This document shows, in pieces, positions 27,753 through 32,000 of a DNA stretch of 32,000 bases. Numbering within the stretch: the first letter of the stretch is position 1; each line of letters starts with the position of its first letter. A program made the position numbers and the translations under genes. The stretch covers positions 210,001 through 242,000 of the forward strand of contig NZ_CP006867.1 of the NCBI RefSeq assembly GCF_001481685.1, read 5' to 3'. This DNA comes from Ignicoccus islandicus DSM 13165 (GTDB taxonomy: Archaea > Thermoproteota > Thermoprotei_A > Sulfolobales > Ignicoccaceae). Under the pieces are notes generated by a model. It was not told the DNA's origin. It did no database searches and was given only the letters and a program-made list of their open reading frames with translations.

Positions 27753-28295
27753 TACTATATAGCACTTGCCCTCGTCTTTCTTCAATACCGGGTAAACTAT
27801 GTAGCCTTCCTTGATGAACTTCTTTTGCGAAGGATCTCTTACAGGATAGGCCTTTAGACCGAGTCCCCTGGATATACCGGCTACAATGCCTACGTAGGGG
27901 GCGGCCGCCACTATATCCACTGGACACTTATTCAGAATGAACTTCAATGTACCTTTTTCTTCATCGTATTCCATTGGTATAAGCCCTATGTCTCCAACGG
28001 TTCCGTATTTACTTGTCTCCTTATGAAGTTCGATGTGGCACTTGCTGTTAAGCTCCATAATGGCTTTAAGGATATCGGCTTGCTCGCCCTCCTTTAGGAA
28101 CCCCAAGTTCTTCGCCATCTTAGGTATAGCTTTACTCGAGGTACCCATGACTATTTTGGTTATGACTCCATAGGCGGTATCTCCCAGTATGTCCCTTAAC
28201 TCCTTGGGCAATGCACTAAAAGTTATTTCCCTGAAATAGGTCTGATAGAAGTAGGCTATCCACTCGAGAACTTTACAATCTCCATTTCCTGCCAT
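27735..28295 (-). CDS. Hypothetical protein
   Basis: 186 aa ORF overlapping the reverse gyrase 3' end by 18 nt; no recognised domain. Confidence 0.7.
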   Translation of the reverse strand: MAGNGDCKVLEWIAYFYQTYFREITFSALPKELRDILGDTAYGVITKIVMGTSSKAIPKMAKNLGFLKEGEQADILKAIMELNSKCHIELHKETSKYGTVGDIGLIPMEYDEEKGTLKFILNKCPVDIVAAAPYVGIVAGISRGLGLKAYPVRDPSQKKFIKEGYIVYPVLKKDEGKCYIVLERVA

Positions 28296-28391
28296 TCCGG
28301 CTTCCCTATTTCCACTTGGTCTACGCTTGAATTATATGTTAGAGCTTCTCAGAATAAAATCGTAAGTCCGAAGCTATTTCGGCTAGGAGCA

Positions 28392-28925
28392 ATGAAACCC
28401 ATTCACGCTCAAGGGTACTACTTCGTAACGCCTTTGGGGAGTTCTTGGCAAATAATTGAGGTGGTTAACTACTATTATTACGATGAGGAAGGCCTTCTAG
28501 CCTCGAAGCTACACAAACCGCGCGAATATAGGGAAGAAATACTAACTACATGGGAGAACATGCAAAGGGCCTTGGATAGCGAGGAAGTTAAGGTAAATGG
28601 GAAACCTACTAAGGTTACCGTCAGGAACGTTTCGATGGAGTTCGTCGGATTTAAGGAAGTTCCATATTTTACCTTTGTTCTAGAGTTCCACGGACCCATT
28701 GTGGAAGGAATCAACTGCTTCGAGAACTCCTTCGAGGAAGGCGTTGCTGAGTACGACTACGAGGCCTTCTGGCTCCTCCCTCCCGGCTACGAGTTCGTAG
28801 AAGCCGTTACTTCTTGCGAATACGATCTTCCAGATGAAGAGGGCAGGATACTCATGCTCTGGTGTAGGAAGGGAGACAAAGTAAAGGGATACGAGAGGAT
28901 ATGCTGGAGGAGCTCCAATAAGTAG
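28392..28925 (+). CDS. Hypothetical protein
   Basis: 177 aa ORF with mixed alpha/beta composition; no recognised domain. Confidence 0.7.
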   Translation: MKPIHAQGYYFVTPLGSSWQIIEVVNYYYYDEEGLLASKLHKPREYREEILTTWENMQRALDSEEVKVNGKPTKVTVRNVSMEFVGFKEVPYFTFVLEFHGPIVEGINCFENSFEEGVAEYDYEAFWLLPPGYEFVEAVTSCEYDLPDEEGRILMLWCRKGDKVKGYERICWRSSNK

Positions 28926-29927
28926 TTAACCCCTTATTATTTCTCTTATCTTGACTGCAACCTTTAGCATCTCCTTGAGTAGTTCCGTATATTCAATGCA
29001 ATACTTGATTCTCGACTTTATTGGCTCTTTAGTATTGTTGAATATTCCGTAAACTTTGAAGTCAACGTCCTTTACTTCCATTAACGCTCTCAAAGGCTCA
29101 ACTAAAGCTTGAAGCTGGATGGCGCTAGGTATTGCTAATAGACCTTTTTCCATTAAATAGAACGAGATACTTTCGTACACGAACCTCTTATACCTGAGGA
29201 ACTCCCTTCCCCTCTTCCTCAAGGAATAAGCCATTGCTGAACCGAACCTGAACCTTATGTCGTTCGTTCCAACGTTCTTCACGTTGTGGTCTATTATTTC
29301 CATCACCGTTTCCTCCGCTCTGGCTACTAGTTCCTTCACCTTGAAGGAGTGGACGCCTGAATCCATTGCATTCCACAAGTGCTCTAAGAATATGTCCGTT
29401 AGAGAAACCTCAATTGGTACCTTGAAGTCCGCTAAGACGCTTATCAAGTTCTCTGTATATACCCTCTTGTCATCATAGTACATCGTTGCTCTGAAGTACA
29501 TCCTCTTGGGATCTACGTCCAGTCTAGATAGAAGTTCGTCTACTATTAACCTAAGTCTCTTCTCGTAATCGCTGACACTCATCGAATGCCTATCTCTTTC
29601 GTCCTTCATTAACCTAGGATACATTATCGCAACAGTTCTCTCGTCGAAATGTAGCAACTCTTTCATTAACTTTAGAGCTCCTTCGTATTTCGATACTAAG
29701 TTCTCCAATGTAAAGTATGGCGAGTGAACGTTAAAAGTAGCTATCTCCTTTCGCTTTTCCATGAAGTCCATCCAAGCCTTCACGACGTTCTCTTGAGTTA
29801 CGTACTTTCCGAACGCAGAGCTCTTCTTGTAGGTTAAGACCCTTGGCGATATTTCCAGTACTTTAGCTGGGTAATTGTAGGGCACGTGGTCTGGTAATAT
29901 GAAGTAAGTTCCAATTGAGATCTCCAT
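28926..29927 (-). CDS. Hypothetical protein; possible TIM-barrel-like fold
   Basis: 333 aa; 'ATFNVHSPYFTLENLVSKYEGALKLMKELLHF' and 'RMYFRATMYYDDKRVYTENLISVLADFKVPIEVSLTD' are only weakly suggestive. Confidence 0.7.
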   Translation of the reverse strand: MEISIGTYFILPDHVPYNYPAKVLEISPRVLTYKKSSAFGKYVTQENVVKAWMDFMEKRKEIATFNVHSPYFTLENLVSKYEGALKLMKELLHFDERTVAIMYPRLMKDERDRHSMSVSDYEKRLRLIVDELLSRLDVDPKRMYFRATMYYDDKRVYTENLISVLADFKVPIEVSLTDIFLEHLWNAMDSGVHSFKVKELVARAEETVMEIIDHNVKNVGTNDIRFRFGSAMAYSLRKRGREFLRYKRFVYESISFYLMEKGLLAIPSAIQLQALVEPLRALMEVKDVDFKVYGIFNNTKEPIKSRIKYCIEYTELLKEMLKVAVKIREIIRG

Positions 29928-29975
29928 AACGCTTCTTCCCTCCTTACAATGTAACCTAATAGGTAATGAATGGAA

Positions 29976-30710
29976 TTACACTACCTCGACGCTTAACCCC
30001 ATAGACTTCAAAGTTTCTACAATTTTCTTCCTCTGTTCTGCCTTCACGGACTTCTTCTCGACGTATGCTCTCTCGATAGGATCTCTACTTTTTTCCACCA
30101 TCTGAACTAGCAAATCTTCGTTTATTGAGCCTATTACGTACTTTGGAGCAATATGGCCGATGGAATTAATTCCTTCAAAACACCTCTTTGCAGCTCTCTT
30201 ATTGTAATGAGGTCCGCCTATCCATATTGCGGAAGGGAGGTCTTCCATTTCCTCGTAGTTTAAGACGGCCTTCGCGAGTATATCGTGATTCCTTGGATCG
30301 GTCCAGTCTTCTAACGATGAGCCAATCTCTATAAAGACAATGCCCTTATTTATGGTCGGACCGTGGTGAGTTGCCTCGTAAACCACTTCGTAGTCCTCGC
30401 GATAGTTGTACTTGCTCAACGCGTTCAAGAGCTTACATCCGATCTTTGGTAAAGCTATTGAAAGCGTTCTCGGTTGACCACCTAGTTTGGCTTCATCTGA
30501 GAAGTTCCCTGTGAAGTGGACCGTGAAGGCCTTGACCCTTTTCTCGCTCGAATGTCTTGACAATACTATGAAGTCGTCTCCTTCGACTTCGCTGAAATCG
30601 GAAAACGGAGCGTCTCTAGAGAGCGGATAAACTTCTATGCCTTCCTTCATTAGACGTTCTGCAACGCCCTTAGCGGCCGGGTCGTTGGGACTGTAAACTA
30701 TCTTCAACAA
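29976..30710 (-). CDS. dtdA: D-aminoacyl-tRNA deacylase (archaeal DtdA/GEK1-type)
   Basis: 244 aa; 'FIVLSRHSSEKRVKAFTVHFTGNFSDEAKLGGQPRTLSIALP' and 'YEATHHGPTINKGIVFIEIGSSLEDWTDPRNHDILAKAVL'. Confidence 0.93.
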   Translation of the reverse strand: MLKIVYSPNDPAAKGVAERLMKEGIEVYPLSRDAPFSDFSEVEGDDFIVLSRHSSEKRVKAFTVHFTGNFSDEAKLGGQPRTLSIALPKIGCKLLNALSKYNYREDYEVVYEATHHGPTINKGIVFIEIGSSLEDWTDPRNHDILAKAVLNYEEMEDLPSAIWIGGPHYNKRAAKRCFEGINSIGHIAPKYVIGSINEDLLVQMVEKSRDPIERAYVEKKSVKAEQRKKIVETLKSMGLSVEVV

Positions 30711-30860
30711 GCTTCGTTCCCCGCCTTCCTTCAGTACGTTAAGTTAATCTAGTAGAAGCATCTGTCTTCTTTGAACTTATAGGTCCTTGTTTAATATCAT
30801 CCAAACCCTAATTGAAGCTTCATTCAATAAAGGTAAAACGAAATGCTCTATCTATGGAAT

Positions 30861-31348
30861 CTCATTCACCATCCCATGGTGAATTCTCATCTCCACCTCT
30901 TGTCCAAATTTAATTTTCCATTTACTTACAATTAATTCACTCATTTCCTCAACCCTAACCATTTACGAAAAGAAACAATGGTCTCCTTAAGTACCTTCAG
31001 TTTCTACTAGACTTCCCAATTGTTAATTCCATTTCAATCCAATCATTCAACGTCGTATTTTCAAAACCAAATGTAATTTACCACTCTAGAGCTTAGACCA
31101 TCAGTACAAGCCCATTTCAAGATCGATCTTTACAATGAGAAGAAGCTTAGAGGGGTTAATAAGCGATCATGGGAACTCTGATGATCATGGGGATTTCTAC
31201 TCCAGCCTACCTTATACAAGCATATTCATGCATATATTGGACAACTACTTGAGTTCAAGTTCGAAGAGGGAAGGTGTGAATGTGGAAAGACAGATGAAGG
31301 GAAAGGGTTAAAAGATGGGGAATTGGTTGTTTAAATAGGAGGGTAACG
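30861..31348 (+). promoter_or_regulatory. CRISPR array 2 leader (about 488 bp)
   Basis: Gapless alignment to 1673-2160; identical 'GAAAGGGTTAAAAGATGG[A/G]GAATTGGTTGTTTAAATAGGAGGG[C/T]AACG' immediately before the first repeat. Confidence 0.85.
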
Positions 31349-31977
31349 GTAGAGTCCCAATAGGGAGTGGAAAGACCCTGTAAATTCAAGGCTAACGAAA
31401 AAGTATATGCAGTCGTAGAGTCCCAATAGGGAGTGGAAAGGAGGTTGAGTTTTAAACTTGGGTGGAGTATTAAAGCGAGTAGAGTCCCAATAGGGAGTGG
31501 AAAGCTTGTTCAGCTTTACTCTACCATTGATAACGAGCCAAGCAAGTAGAGTCCCAATAGGGAGTGGAAAGTACATTTGTTCGGCTTGGGGCTGTAATCC
31601 TATATAATTTTGTAGAGTCCCAATAGGGAGTGGAAAGTCGGCCTCGAGCCCCCTCGGGGCTTTAAGAGTCCCGTTTTCCTTGTAGAGTCCCAATAGGGAG
31701 TGGAAAGCCTCATCAACCAAAGCTGATAAAATTGCAGTGTATACTAACGTAGAGTCCCAATAGGGAGTGGAAAGAAGGAAATTGTAAAGCCACCTTAATT
31801 CGTCAAGCGTAAGTTTCGGGTAGAGTCCCAATAGGGAGTGGAAAGGGTGATTCTAATTTCGGCCTCGGCAAAGGACGGTACCTAGTAGAGATCCAAGAGG
31901 GAGTGGAAAGATCGATGGCAACGGTCGTTTTCGAAGCAATGAATGGCAGAAGTAGAGATCCAATAGGGAATAGAAAG
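31349..31977 (+). CRISPR. CRISPR array 2: 10 visible 26-nt repeats; may continue past the window end
   Basis: GTAGAGTCCCAATAGGGAGTGGAAAG at 31349, 31415, 31479, 31546, 31612, 31682, 31749 and 31820. Variants GTAGAGATCCAAGAGGGAGTGGAAAG at 31885 and GTAGAGATCCAATAGGGAATAGAAAG at 31952. Spacers are 38-45 nt. Confidence 0.97.
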
Positions 31978-32000
31978 GAAACCGCATTTAACGTCAGCGT

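Noticed and set aside
27735-30710. Toxin-antitoxin or defence operon next to array 2
   Set aside because: The genes alternate in strand, none carries a recognisable toxin, nuclease or NTPase motif, and one is clearly the housekeeping deacylase DtdA.
31331-31831. 166-aa ORF on the minus strand with repeated STPYWDST / FHSLLGLY / FPLPIGTL segments
   Set aside because: Artefact of array 2 repeats read in rotating frames, not a repeat protein.

Overview
The window looks like a compact, GC-moderate crenarchaeal chromosome segment. Protein and tRNA character suggest a hyperthermophile of the Ignicoccus/Desulfurococcales type; that is an inference, not a database result. The interior is mostly housekeeping: a ThiL-like kinase, MarC-family protein, tRNA-Arg(TCG), tRNA-Val(CAC), L15e, a GT39-like glycosyltransferase, Sec61-beta/SecG, an EamA transporter, a THUMP protein, a DUF2079 membrane protein, a nucleoside phosphorylase, a phosphoribosyltransferase, a TackOD1-like zinc-ribbon protein, AroD, HdrB, PheS/PheT, the HMG-CoA synthase/thiolase/DUF35 trio, an M28-like peptidase, reverse gyrase and DtdA. 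Several proteins I cannot assign lie among these. Two CRISPR arrays bracket this region in the same orientation, at about 2161-2919 and from 31349 to past 31977. Their 26-nt repeats are related. Each array is preceded by a colinear leader of about 488 bp; my hand alignment gives about 50 mismatches, roughly 90% identity, with no gaps. I see no cas gene in the window. The most notable signals are the duplicated long leaders, a two-nucleotide repeat-variant block that switches along array 1 and alters the predicted repeat hairpin, and a shared order of degenerate repeats at the distal ends of both arrays. I did not find a convincing entirely new defence or mobile system. Other leads are a 34-aa very acidic ORF overlapping a glycosyltransferase start, a fusion-like DUF2079 protein, a TackOD1-like protein with a nuclease-fold-like domain, and a cluster of unassigned ORFs next to array 2.
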